From assembly GCA_965208125.1 (NCBI GenBank), contig OZ242320.1:992001-1056000 (forward strand): DNA of 64,000 nucleotides, given 5' to 3'. Below the pieces are notes generated by a model, which made no database searches, had not been told where the DNA came from, and saw only the letters and a program-made list of their open reading frames with translations. The translations under genes were made by a program, and so were the position numbers. How positions within the stretch are numbered: the first letter of the stretch is position 1; every line of letters begins with the position of its first letter. Positions 37,272-46,694 of this stretch are shown one piece after another. The DNA comes from Candidatus Latescibacterota bacterium. GTDB lineage: Bacteria > Latescibacterota > UBA2968.

Positions 37272-38537
37272 ATGAACGACCAAATGCAACACACTCGCGA
37301 CGTCGCACTCAACATCCTCAAACCGTCACAGCGCGACCTGGAACACGGCCTGGAACTTCACAAACACGCCCTCGTCATCGAATCCTACGGCCTTGGCCTG
37401 CGCTCACCCATTGATCCCGACCCCGTCAACGCAGCCATCGAAGCGGGCGCGTCTGACCGCGAACTACAAGACCTCACCGAAGACATGGGCATGACCCGCT
37501 GGGCACTCACACCCGAACTCCGACGAGAATACCGAGAAATCTGGCAGGCCTCCGGCGTCACCTGCACCTTTCAAAACGCAGGCGAAGAATGCAACGACCC
37601 CCTGCGCCTCATTAAACGCCTTGCTCGACACACATACAACACCGACGCCATGCCCGATTTTCTCCAGCGCGCCACCACGCCCGACGACATCGCGGCAGCC
37701 CACAAAGCGGGCAAACGCTGCACCTATCTCACCTGCAACGGCATTCCACTCGCTGGCGACCAGACCAACCCGGAAGAAGAACTGCGCTACATCCGCGTCT
37801 TTGCACAACTCGGCGCGCGCATGATGCACCTCACGTACAACCGCCGCAACCCCATCGGAGACGGCTGCGGCGAACCCAACGACGCGGGCTTGAGCGACTT
37901 TGGACATGCCACAGTCGCCGAAATGAACCGCCTCGGCATCATCATAGACCTCTCCCACACCGGCTGGCAAACCTGCCTCGACACAGCAAAAGCATCCGCA
38001 CAACCCGTCGTTGTCAGCCACTCCGTCGCCTGCACAATCAACGAACACATCCGAAGCAAACCCGACAACATCATCCGCGCAGTACTCGACACCGGGGGCA
38101 CCATGGGCATCACCAATGTACCCGCATTCCTCGGCGGCAACGGCGACATCAGTGCCTTTCTCGACCACATCGACTACGTCGCCAAAACCTTTGGCACCGA
38201 CGCCGTCACCATCGGCACGGATCGAGGCTACCCCTCTCAATACATCGCCGAAGCCAACCGAAAACTCAACCCCCGTCCCAAACAGCGCAACCGGTGGGAG
38301 GCACTCTGGCCGCCCAGAGACCCTCTCCATTCTCCCGAATGGCGACAGCCCCATCAAGAACAAAGCCTCACCTGGACCAACTGGCCCCTCTTCACTGTCG
38401 GCCTTGTCCAGCGGGGCTACAGCGACGACGACATCGCAAAAATCATCGGCGGCAACATCCTCCGCGTAGCCCAGGACGTCTGGAAAGATTCGGCTTATGC
38501 CGTCTCAACTGAAAATATCCAGGAGAGGCCGAAGTGA
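37272..38537 (+). CDS. Membrane dipeptidase (M19) family amidohydrolase
   Basis: LTYN.RN, GLSDFG..V.EMNRLG.IIDLSH, SH, IGTD, GGNILRV. Confidence 0.8.
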   Translation: MNDQMQHTRDVALNILKPSQRDLEHGLELHKHALVIESYGLGLRSPIDPDPVNAAIEAGASDRELQDLTEDMGMTRWALTPELRREYREIWQASGVTCTFQNAGEECNDPLRLIKRLARHTYNTDAMPDFLQRATTPDDIAAAHKAGKRCTYLTCNGIPLAGDQTNPEEELRYIRVFAQLGARMMHLTYNRRNPIGDGCGEPNDAGLSDFGHATVAEMNRLGIIIDLSHTGWQTCLDTAKASAQPVVVSHSVACTINEHIRSKPDNIIRAVLDTGGTMGITNVPAFLGGNGDISAFLDHIDYVAKTFGTDAVTIGTDRGYPSQYIAEANRKLNPRPKQRNRWEALWPPRDPLHSPEWRQPHQEQSLTWTNWPLFTVGLVQRGYSDDDIAKIIGGNILRVAQDVWKDSAYAVSTENIQERPK

Positions 38538-38552
38538 TGCGTGGAGTTTCTG

Positions 38553-38581
38553 TTGACTGTAGGATTAGAAATTGATAAAAT
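38553..38581 (+). promoter_or_regulatory. Sigma70 promoter for the Rid gene
   Basis: TTGACT-N17-TAAAAT with extended -10 TG. Confidence 0.65.
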
Positions 38582-38608
38582 AGCGCGACAACAATAAAAA
38601 GGTAGAAG

Positions 38609-39013
38609 ATGCCAGAACGAATCGAATTAAATCCGCCATGGCCGTGGGCAAGCAAATTCCGGATTGCTCAGGGCGTGCAGGTTGGAAACAGAGTATATGT
38701 CTCGGGACAGGTCGCTTTTGACCCACGGGGCAACGTGGTTGGCCGGGACAATATGGGCGCACAGGCAAGTCAAGTGTTCGAAAATATCCGAGCGGTTCTC
38801 GCCGAAGCGGGTGCGACAATGGACGACGTGGTAAAAATTACGGCGTTCATCACCGACATGAGCCGGTACGCGGACTATGCTGCGGCGCGTGCAGAGGCGT
38901 TTCCGAATAATATCCCTGCCAGTGCCACAGTCGCAACACCAACACTGATAAGCCCCGATCTGCTCGTCGAGGTTGATGCGGTTGCGGAGATTAGCAGCGG
39001 GAAAAGAGCGTGA
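38609..39013 (+). CDS. Rid (YjgF/YER057c/UK114) family protein lacking the RidA catalytic Arg
   Basis: YVSGQ, DVVKIT, PASAT (RidA has PAR), LVEVDA. Confidence 0.85.
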   Translation: MPERIELNPPWPWASKFRIAQGVQVGNRVYVSGQVAFDPRGNVVGRDNMGAQASQVFENIRAVLAEAGATMDDVVKITAFITDMSRYADYAAARAEAFPNNIPASATVATPTLISPDLLVEVDAVAEISSGKRA

Positions 39014-39058
39014 TTGCAAACCGCCATTCATTGTGAAAGCATACTTTTGGGAGAAATC

Positions 39059-40192
39059 ATGAGCATCGACAAAGCGCGTCAAATCTACGAAGACCTGGGC
39101 GTTGTCCCTGTAATCAACGCATCGGGATATCAAACCGTCATCGGCGGGTCGCGTGTGGGCACAGAAGTGCAAGCCGCAATGGACATAGCGAATCGCTACT
39201 TTGCGGACATGGAAGAACTACTCAAAAAAACCGGTGCACTCATCGCCGATACCCTCGGCGCAGAAGCGGCAATGGTCACACCCGGATGCGCGGCGGCATT
39301 AGCTCTCAGCTCAGCCGCCTGCATGTCGGGCAGCGACCCCGAAAAAATGGAACAACTACCCGATACAACGGGCTTGAAGCATCACATTTTGATACAAAAA
39401 AAACAGCGTTATCACTACGACCCGGTACTCACTGTTTTCGGCGCTAAACTCATCGAAGTCGGCGATGAAAACGGAACGACCGAATCCCAACTCGAAGCCG
39501 CCATATCAGACCAGACCGCAGCCATCCACTATTTCGCCCCCGGAGGCCAGGAAGGCGTCCTATCCCCCGAAGACGTAGTCCGCATCGCCCACGCCAATGG
39601 GATACCCGTCATCGTCGATGCAGCGAGCCAGGTCTATCCCCTCGAAACCATGCTAAAATATCCCGACATGGGCGCAGACCTGATCGGCTACGGCGCCAAA
39701 TACATTGGCTCGTGTCACTCCACAGGTATCCTATGCGGACGCAAAGACCTGATTGACGCCGCCTTTCTCCATTCCTTCATCGGTTATGAAACCTCCCCCT
39801 ACGACACCATAGGCCGCCCGCTAAAAGTGGATCGACAAGAAGTCATCGCCGTCGTCGTTGCCCTGCGCGAATGGTTCAGCATGGACCACGAAGCGCGCCT
39901 ATCCGAATACAAACACAAAGCCGAAGCACTACTCTCAAACCTTAAGGACATCCCCCACATCGCAGCCAAATTCTCGGCCGACTCACGAGGCCTGAGCGAT
40001 GGCGTACACATCACAATTGATGAAACAGCACTGGGCAAAACCGCGGTGCAAATAATCGAAGAACTGCGACAGGGCAACCCATCCGTATGGACACGCGGCA
40101 GTGCAAACACCTTTCGCATCGCCGTAACAAATTTCATCGGAGACGACCAGGAAATCGTCACCGCACGCCTGCGCGAAGTATTGGCTAAATAA
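39059..40192 (+). CDS. SelA/DgaE-like PLP-dependent enzyme (not canonical SelA)
   Basis: LGV.PVINASG..T..GGS, VIVDAAS, YGAKY PLP-Lys, IGRPLKVDRQE. Confidence 0.75.
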   Translation: MSIDKARQIYEDLGVVPVINASGYQTVIGGSRVGTEVQAAMDIANRYFADMEELLKKTGALIADTLGAEAAMVTPGCAAALALSSAACMSGSDPEKMEQLPDTTGLKHHILIQKKQRYHYDPVLTVFGAKLIEVGDENGTTESQLEAAISDQTAAIHYFAPGGQEGVLSPEDVVRIAHANGIPVIVDAASQVYPLETMLKYPDMGADLIGYGAKYIGSCHSTGILCGRKDLIDAAFLHSFIGYETSPYDTIGRPLKVDRQEVIAVVVALREWFSMDHEARLSEYKHKAEALLSNLKDIPHIAAKFSADSRGLSDGVHITIDETALGKTAVQIIEELRQGNPSVWTRGSANTFRIAVTNFIGDDQEIVTARLREVLAK

Positions 40193-40213
40193 CTCGCCAC
40201 ACAAAATCCCAAC

Positions 40214-40250
40214 AAAAAACGCCATCAGCTATTTTGCTGATGGCGTTTTT
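40214..40250. terminator. Bidirectional terminator
   Basis: AAAAAACGCCATCAGC-TATTTT-GCTGATGGCGTTTTT. Confidence 0.85.
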
Positions 40251-40264
40251 GCTTATAACCTCTC

Positions 40265-41050
40265 TCACCCCCGTGCGAGATCGCGATATGCTCTGAACAA
40301 ATCTGAATAATAAGCCACAAACATCCACAGATCGCCCACCCCCTTATCGGGACGTCGCTCTGTCTCTGCCGACATGTAGCCCTCATATCCCTTCTCGTGC
40401 AGCAGCTTGAACAACTCGCGATACGGATAGCCCTGTCCAGCCAGATCGTGCATATGCACATGATCCAGCCAGGACCATACCGTATCCAGCGCCTGTTTCA
40501 CAGACCCATCAACCACATCTTGCGGCACTGAATTCCACACCAACCCAAAATTCTCGTGATCCACCTGCTCAGCCACAGCCCTGCACGCCTGCCAATCGAA
40601 CTCACCGTGCAACTCCAGACACGGTTTCACCCCCTTCGCAACACCGTACTCACACAGCGGTTTAAGTGCCTCTGCCACCTGAGCAATCGTCTGTTCTCTG
40701 GACACCTCTGTTGGAAAATTATTCCCAAACACGCGCACGCGAGGTGCGCCCAGATCCGACGCCAGATCCATCCGAACCATCGTCTGCTCAATATGATCCC
40801 GAAGGTCGTTCGGATCCGTATCGTGATACCGATTGCCCGTAGCAACACTCATAATATCGATCCCCATCGCCTCGCAATCTGCCACCACCTGCTCTCGCTC
40901 TGCCACATCAATCGACGCCTCCACCCCGTGACCGTGCCCCGCATCCGTCCGAAACTCCACCCCTTCAAACCCGTGATCCTTCAACATCTGCAACAAATCC
41001 CGTCGGGAAAGCGCCTTCAAAACACCATAAGTCATCCACGAAAGTTTCAT
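40265..41050 (-). CDS. Sugar phosphate isomerase/epimerase family protein
   Basis: GFEGVEFR, RVRVFGN, LELHG, HVHMHD. Confidence 0.8.
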   Translation of the reverse strand: MKLSWMTYGVLKALSRRDLLQMLKDHGFEGVEFRTDAGHGHGVEASIDVAEREQVVADCEAMGIDIMSVATGNRYHDTDPNDLRDHIEQTMVRMDLASDLGAPRVRVFGNNFPTEVSREQTIAQVAEALKPLCEYGVAKGVKPCLELHGEFDWQACRAVAEQVDHENFGLVWNSVPQDVVDGSVKQALDTVWSWLDHVHMHDLAGQGYPYRELFKLLHEKGYEGYMSAETERRPDKGVGDLWMFVAYYSDLFRAYRDLARG

Positions 41051-41189
41051 ACTTATTCTCCTGTTGTAATTTTCTTTGGCAAAACAATATCTTCGAGTGA
41101 CACAAAGCCAATATATAGTATATTGTGCGGGTAATCAAACACTCAAAATCTTCGACAAAAGGACTTGAAATTCAACAAAGGATGTATCT

Positions 41190-42935
41190 ATGAGCAGATC
41201 GAAAAATTCCGCAGACATTAACATTCTCTACGCTGCCGAAAAATGGAAACAGCAATGCCTTTTGGATGGTGGATCGCTATTCTCGGAAGAATCTCTCTGG
41301 ACCCGAGTAAACTTCGAACAACTCCGCATCCACTTTGTCCAGAATCCTGATAAAGGATCGGGTAAATTCTACGAGAAACTGGCGCAACAACTGGAACCTG
41401 CTCCCCCAGAGGCGAAGCGTCTATGGGCAGAGATGACATGGGTACTTTTTTTAATCGTCTATCGTGGCGTGCTCAAACCAGAGACAAAACGCGCTCAGAT
41501 CAGGCAAGTCTGGGAATGGTCGGGTTCGAAACTGCCGGATAATCATTGGGCACTGGGCGATGTCTTAGCAAAAGGGGTTACAAATCCAGGCCAAGCTTAT
41601 AATACTTACCGTTGGCGTGAAGGCCGCTTCTTCATCACCACGATGATGAGCTGGTTTTCCCATTCCTCAGAGGATCGGAAATCGCTATTGACCGATCCCT
41701 GGGACTTTGCCGAATGGCTCGACGCTCAGGAGTACTGTCAAGGCCGTCAATTTCGGCACGCTTTTCTGTACCTTCTGTTTCCGGATGCGTTTGAAGCAAT
41801 TATGAGTCAAGGCCATAAAGAAAAAATAGTCAACGCTTTCTCAAAAAAATGGAACGAGAATCTGCTCACTAACGACGGGGATAACGTCGCTCTCGATCAA
41901 GCATTATTGAAAATTCGGAAACGCCTTAAGACCGAATACCCCGACACGGGAATCGACTTCTACAGTTCGCAGTTCAAGGATATTTGGCAACGCAGTCAGC
42001 CTGCCCCACAACCGCTACCACCGCAAGTGAGGGAAACAGCACCTCTTTTTACCTCCTATTCTATAGACAACATCCTGGAAGACGGCTGTTTTCTTGAACA
42101 GGAAAAATTGGAGACAATCCTTCAACGCCTCCGTGACAAGAAAAATCTGATTTTGCAGGGACCGCCGGGCACAGGCAAAACATGGCTGGCAAAAAAGCTC
42201 GCCTTTGCCGCGATAGGTGAACGCGACGAAGACAAAATACGCCCCGTTCAGTTTCACCCCAACCTTTCTTACGAAGATTTTGTCAGAGGATGGCGACCAT
42301 CAGGCGATGGCAAGCTGGATTTAGTTGATGGCCCCTTTCTTCAGATGATAAACACCGCAAAAGACGATCCAGAATCGAAATATGCGATCATCATTGAGGA
42401 AATCAATCGCGGCAACCCCGCACAAATTTTTGGCGAGATGCTTACGCTACTGGAATCGGACAAGCGCAATGAGGACGAAGCATTGGAACTGTCTTACGAA
42501 AAATGCAAAGGCGAACGGGTTTACATTCCCGAAAATCTATATGTCATTGGCACAATGAACGTCGCAGACCGCTCAATCGCTATGGTCGATTTCGCCCTTC
42601 GCCGGCGATTCGCCTTTGTTGACCTTGAACCCATATTTGGCAATGTCTGGCAGGACTGGGTACATAATCAGTGCAAAATAGACGAGGAATTTCTGTCACA
42701 AGTAGAAGACAGAATGAAAACGCTGAACAAACAAATAGCTGAGGACTCTAACCTCGGTGCTCAATTCAGGGTGGGACACAGTTATGTAACGCCTTCCGCT
42801 GGGGAGATTGATGATTCCCGTGAATGGTTCAAACAAGTGGTCGAAACCGAAATCGGTCCCTTGCTGGACGAATACTGGTTTGATGCGCTGGATACAGCCC
42901 AAAAGGCCCGCGAACAACTACTGAAAGGGTTTTAA
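41190..42935 (+). CDS. mcrB: McrB-family AAA+ GTPase
   Basis: GPPGTGKT, QFHPNLSYEDFV, IEEINRGN, TMNVADRS, FALRRRF. Confidence 0.92.
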   Translation: MSRSKNSADINILYAAEKWKQQCLLDGGSLFSEESLWTRVNFEQLRIHFVQNPDKGSGKFYEKLAQQLEPAPPEAKRLWAEMTWVLFLIVYRGVLKPETKRAQIRQVWEWSGSKLPDNHWALGDVLAKGVTNPGQAYNTYRWREGRFFITTMMSWFSHSSEDRKSLLTDPWDFAEWLDAQEYCQGRQFRHAFLYLLFPDAFEAIMSQGHKEKIVNAFSKKWNENLLTNDGDNVALDQALLKIRKRLKTEYPDTGIDFYSSQFKDIWQRSQPAPQPLPPQVRETAPLFTSYSIDNILEDGCFLEQEKLETILQRLRDKKNLILQGPPGTGKTWLAKKLAFAAIGERDEDKIRPVQFHPNLSYEDFVRGWRPSGDGKLDLVDGPFLQMINTAKDDPESKYAIIIEEINRGNPAQIFGEMLTLLESDKRNEDEALELSYEKCKGERVYIPENLYVIGTMNVADRSIAMVDFALRRRFAFVDLEPIFGNVWQDWVHNQCKIDEEFLSQVEDRMKTLNKQIAEDSNLGAQFRVGHSYVTPSAGEIDDSREWFKQVVETEIGPLLDEYWFDALDTAQKAREQLLKGF

Positions 42936-44041
42936 TGACTATCGCTCAAGCAAGCGACAAACCGGGGTATATCGGAGAAATTCCAGTCAGAAATCTCTGG
43001 CTACTGATGCTTTATGCATCCCAACTATTCCGACAAATGGACGATTTGCAAAAGCGAGAGGTAGAAGATAATCCGGACGACATCCCCGATCTGGTAGCAG
43101 AAATCCTGGCGCGGGCGGTAGAACGCCGCATAAGGCGAAACCTGAGCTTTGGCTACCAGCCTCGGCAAGCTATTCTCAGCAGGGTGCGCGGCAGAATTGA
43201 CCATATCCATACAGAACGCCGCCAACTGCTGCACAGGGGACTGGTCGCATGTCGGTTTGAAGAACTAACAGTAGATACACCACGCAACCGCTATGTTCGA
43301 GCAGCACTGGAGAAGTCGGCCAAGATGGTGCAGCACGTTGACCTATCCCGTCGATGTCGCGCCCTTGCTACCAATTTAGTGCGAATGGGAGTGAGTGGAG
43401 AAAATCTTATCCGACATGACTCATCGGTAAATCTCACTGGTCGGATGGATACTGCCGACCGGCAGATGCTGGCTGCGGCGCAACTGGCCTTCCATTTAGC
43501 ACTACCTACCGAAACCCCCGGTCCCAGAAATTTATCTTTACCATCCCGTGAATCCCGATGGGTATGGGAACTTTACGAAAAGGCCATCGCCGGATTCTAC
43601 GACGTCACGCTTACACAGTGGGGGTGGAGAGTTCATTCCCAACAGACACTCCACTGGAACACCGGAGATAAGACTGAGAGAATTGATGACATCCTCCCCT
43701 CAATGCGTGCCGATACTGTTTTAGACCATGCCACCTCTGGCCGCCGCATCATCATAGACACCAAATTTACATCCATCCTTAAACCCGGAAATTACCGTGC
43801 TCAAACATTGGCTTCACCCCATATATACCAGATATACGCCTACTTGAGATCCCAAGAGGGCCGTGATTCTTTGGCGGATACGGCATCGGGAATACTCCTG
43901 TATCCTGCTGTCAATTGCTTAGTTGACGAATCGGTTGACATACAGGGCCACAACATACGATTTGCCACCGTAAATCTCGATGCAACTCCCGGAGAGATCC
44001 GGTACAGGCTCCTTGAATTGATTGATTCCGACCTCGTATAA
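42935..44041 (+). CDS. mcrC: McrC endonuclease subunit
   Basis: IPVRNLWLLMLYA, MRAD..IIDTK PD-(D/E)XK, YQIYAY, LLYP; TAATG coupling to mcrB. Confidence 0.9.
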   Translation: MTIAQASDKPGYIGEIPVRNLWLLMLYASQLFRQMDDLQKREVEDNPDDIPDLVAEILARAVERRIRRNLSFGYQPRQAILSRVRGRIDHIHTERRQLLHRGLVACRFEELTVDTPRNRYVRAALEKSAKMVQHVDLSRRCRALATNLVRMGVSGENLIRHDSSVNLTGRMDTADRQMLAAAQLAFHLALPTETPGPRNLSLPSRESRWVWELYEKAIAGFYDVTLTQWGWRVHSQQTLHWNTGDKTERIDDILPSMRADTVLDHATSGRRIIIDTKFTSILKPGNYRAQTLASPHIYQIYAYLRSQEGRDSLADTASGILLYPAVNCLVDESVDIQGHNIRFATVNLDATPGEIRYRLLELIDSDLV

Positions 44042-44043
44042 AT

Positions 44044-44077
44044 AAAAAAACGCCATCAGTAAAATAGCTGATGGCGT
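44044..44077. terminator. Terminator; near-exact inverted copy of 40214-40250
   Basis: AAAAAAACGCCATCAG-TAAAATAG-CTGATGGCGT. Confidence 0.75.
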
Positions 44078-44107
44078 CATGGTTACGTCCAAAATTCAGC
44101 AGCCAAT

Positions 44108-45391
44108 TTACAGCGTCCACTGCAACGCTGTGTTAGCCAGTGTTATGTTGCGTATATCCCTTTGTATAGCGGCTGATATTTCTTCTGCACTGCTATTGGT
44201 TACATCAATCATCTGGTCGCTAAACTGCGAAAAAAAAGAACGCGGTATATGTGGATTGTTCAAAGTCGAAACTCCCAACGCACTTGACACAGATTTTGCG
44301 ATTGCATAACCCACCGGTGGACAAACAGAATTACCAATCTGCCCAAGTATCTGGTAAGCTGCGCCTTGAAAGACCCAATCTTCTGGAAATCCCTGAAGCA
44401 ACGCACAATCCTGAACAGAAAGCCTGAAATGACCATTCTCCGGGGGAAACATCAGGGCTTCCTCTCTGGACTTTTGCACGCCATTGGGCCAAATCTGGAG
44501 TTTTTCCCATACCTTTTGATTCGCCTTACTATTCAAAATACTGGTCGATTTTCTGGGACCAGTGAAGCCAGAGCGAAGAGTAGGCGCAAAGCAATCAAAA
44601 CCAATATCTTCCAAACCCAAAGCAGCCCTCGTTCCCATCGTATGTCTGCCAGAGTAGAACAAGCTATCTTTGGAGAAATGGGTTGGTTCAGGAATTTTGT
44701 AACGATTGGCTACCTCAAGAGACCGAAAACCGACAAAAATAACGCGCTTCCTGATTTGTGGGACGCCGAAATCGGATGCCACAGCTTTGAACTTTGCGAT
44801 ATAGTAATGCGGTGTCAGTGGCGCGAGAATCACGTCGTTTACATACTTTTCGAACTTTGGATCGAGCAGACCCGGAACATTCTCAACAACGAAAGTCTCG
44901 GGCATAAGCGTCAGCACAGCATCAATAAATGCTGGCAACATATCCCTGTCGTCTTTGCCTCCACCCCGCTTTCCAGCAATCGAAAAAGGCTGGCATGGAG
45001 GGCCTCCGTGAACGAGATCAACTTTACCTTTATAGACTGACCAATCTGCTTTTGTAACATCCCCCTTTGAACCACAAAAAACATTCCATTGCGGACGGTT
45101 TTGTTGTAGTGACGCACCGCAAATATCCAGGATATCAAAACTGGCAACATGCTCAAAACCCGCATATTCAAAACTAAGGTCCAAACCGCCACCACCTGAA
45201 AAGAGCGAAAGGGATCTCAAGCCGTTTTGACGTTGTTTAGGCATCAACTTCTCTGGTTTTAGAACAGGCTTATTGATTCTGCCCAGTTCATGTTGCAACT
45301 CACCATTGATAGCAGCCTTTTTCCTGAGCCTGGATCGAGTAGAAATCTCTCGATACCACTCCCGTTTGGCCTCCGATATATTGTATGGCAT
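44108..45391 (-). CDS. DNA (cytosine-5)-methyltransferase
   Basis: SLFSGGGG, GGPPCQPFS, ENVPG, PQIRKR, LQGFP, QIGNSV. Confidence 0.92.
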   Translation of the reverse strand: MPYNISEAKREWYREISTRSRLRKKAAINGELQHELGRINKPVLKPEKLMPKQRQNGLRSLSLFSGGGGLDLSFEYAGFEHVASFDILDICGASLQQNRPQWNVFCGSKGDVTKADWSVYKGKVDLVHGGPPCQPFSIAGKRGGGKDDRDMLPAFIDAVLTLMPETFVVENVPGLLDPKFEKYVNDVILAPLTPHYYIAKFKAVASDFGVPQIRKRVIFVGFRSLEVANRYKIPEPTHFSKDSLFYSGRHTMGTRAALGLEDIGFDCFAPTLRSGFTGPRKSTSILNSKANQKVWEKLQIWPNGVQKSREEALMFPPENGHFRLSVQDCALLQGFPEDWVFQGAAYQILGQIGNSVCPPVGYAIAKSVSSALGVSTLNNPHIPRSFFSQFSDQMIDVTNSSAEEISAAIQRDIRNITLANTALQWTL

Positions 45392-45503
45392 TGTATTCTC
45401 TCTAAATCTTTGTAATAAACGACAACTCTGTACAAAGTATAGCTATGCTTATCCGTTTTGCCCACCCTAAAATAATCGCAACATCATCCAGACTTCATAG
45501 AAG

Positions 45504-46613
45504 CTACAACCTATCCACCTGAGTCTCTCCACCCTTCAACTCTTCCATAAGCTCATCATATCGATCCCGATCGACCGGCATCGCGACCTCCTCTTTTCGC
45601 AGAGCCGAAAGCACAATCGCGTTAATCAGTTCCAGTGTCCGCCGTGCCGTCACCCCATCTGTAATCGCCTCCCCCCCATCCAGAATAGCGGAAACAAAAC
45701 TCTCCATTAGAGTTGGTCCCCCCTCGTCGGACGGCACATTCTCCCAGTTAATACCTGGCTGATGCCCCTTTGCCCCCTTTATAAACGCCCGCATAGGCGC
45801 CTCGTACCGCCCCAGGCGAAACACATCGGGCACCTTTGAATTGGCATTCTTCTCATCCCGAAACTCAATTGTACCCAGATCCCCTGAAATCTGCCTGTAA
45901 TTCAACCGCCGATCACACGTACTCAACTGCACATTCGCATGGGCACCACAGGCAAAACGGATATTGGCAACAACCGTATCCTCAATCTCCACACGATGGC
46001 CCCAATTGCACATCATCGCAGAAACAGCGACCGGGTCGCCCACCATCCAGCACAGCAAATCCAGATCGTGACTCGTCTGATTCATCAGCACCCCACCCCC
46101 TGCATGCTCCCAGGTACACCGCCATATATCCCGGTCGTAATACACCTCTGGCCGCGTCTCAATCCACATCCACAGCACCCGGTAAATCTCTCCCAGCGCC
46201 CCCTCATCAATCAGCCGCTTCAGCGCGCGATTGCCGGGAAACGTGCGATAATTGTGCCCCACGGCCAGCTTCAAATCCCGCGCCTGTGCCGCCTCGATCA
46301 TCCTGTCTGCCTCGGAAACCGTATTCGCAATCGGCTTCTCCACAAAAGTATGCAACTCCGCCTCCAAACAATCCAAACCCATCGGCGCGTGGAGATGGTG
46401 CGGCGTAGCAATCACCACCGCATCCAGATCCTCGGCCTCGACCATCTCCCGATAATCGCCCCAGGCACGCGCACCCCGTTCTTCTCCAACCTGCCGCGCA
46501 TAATCCAGATCCAAATCCGCCACCGCCACCAGCTCCGCCCGATCCAGTCCTGAAATCTCCCGCACATGTTGCCCGCCCATACCCTTCAAACCGACCACAC
46601 CGAACCTGACCAT
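45504..46613 (-). CDS. Gfo/Idh/MocA family oxidoreductase
   Basis: GVVGLKGMG, ATPH, VEKP, GGGVLMNQTSH. Confidence 0.9.
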   Translation of the reverse strand: MVRFGVVGLKGMGGQHVREISGLDRAELVAVADLDLDYARQVGEERGARAWGDYREMVEAEDLDAVVIATPHHLHAPMGLDCLEAELHTFVEKPIANTVSEADRMIEAAQARDLKLAVGHNYRTFPGNRALKRLIDEGALGEIYRVLWMWIETRPEVYYDRDIWRCTWEHAGGGVLMNQTSHDLDLLCWMVGDPVAVSAMMCNWGHRVEIEDTVVANIRFACGAHANVQLSTCDRRLNYRQISGDLGTIEFRDEKNANSKVPDVFRLGRYEAPMRAFIKGAKGHQPGINWENVPSDEGGPTLMESFVSAILDGGEAITDGVTARRTLELINAIVLSALRKEEVAMPVDRDRYDELMEELKGGETQVDRL

Positions 46614-46639
46614 AACGCTCTCCTTTTTACTTTCCTATA

Positions 46640-46668
46640 TTGACAAACGACGTATCAATCCATAATAT
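46640..46668 (+). promoter_or_regulatory. Sigma70 promoter for the deiodinase-like gene
   Basis: TTGACA-N17-TAATAT; GGAGG RBS downstream. Confidence 0.55.
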
Positions 46669-46694
46669 ATTCAAAAAAACCCGGAGGACTCCCC

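Noticed and set aside
38609-40192. Rid TGA (39011-39013) is in frame with the SelA-like ORF, suggesting a Sec read-through fusion
   Set aside because: No convincing SECIS hairpin or redox motif; the downstream gene has its own GGAG RBS and ATG at 39059
39059-40192. Calling this gene selA to complete the Sec pathway
   Set aside because: About 377 aa, lacks the SelA N-terminal tRNA-binding region, has DgaE-like motifs and a catabolic context
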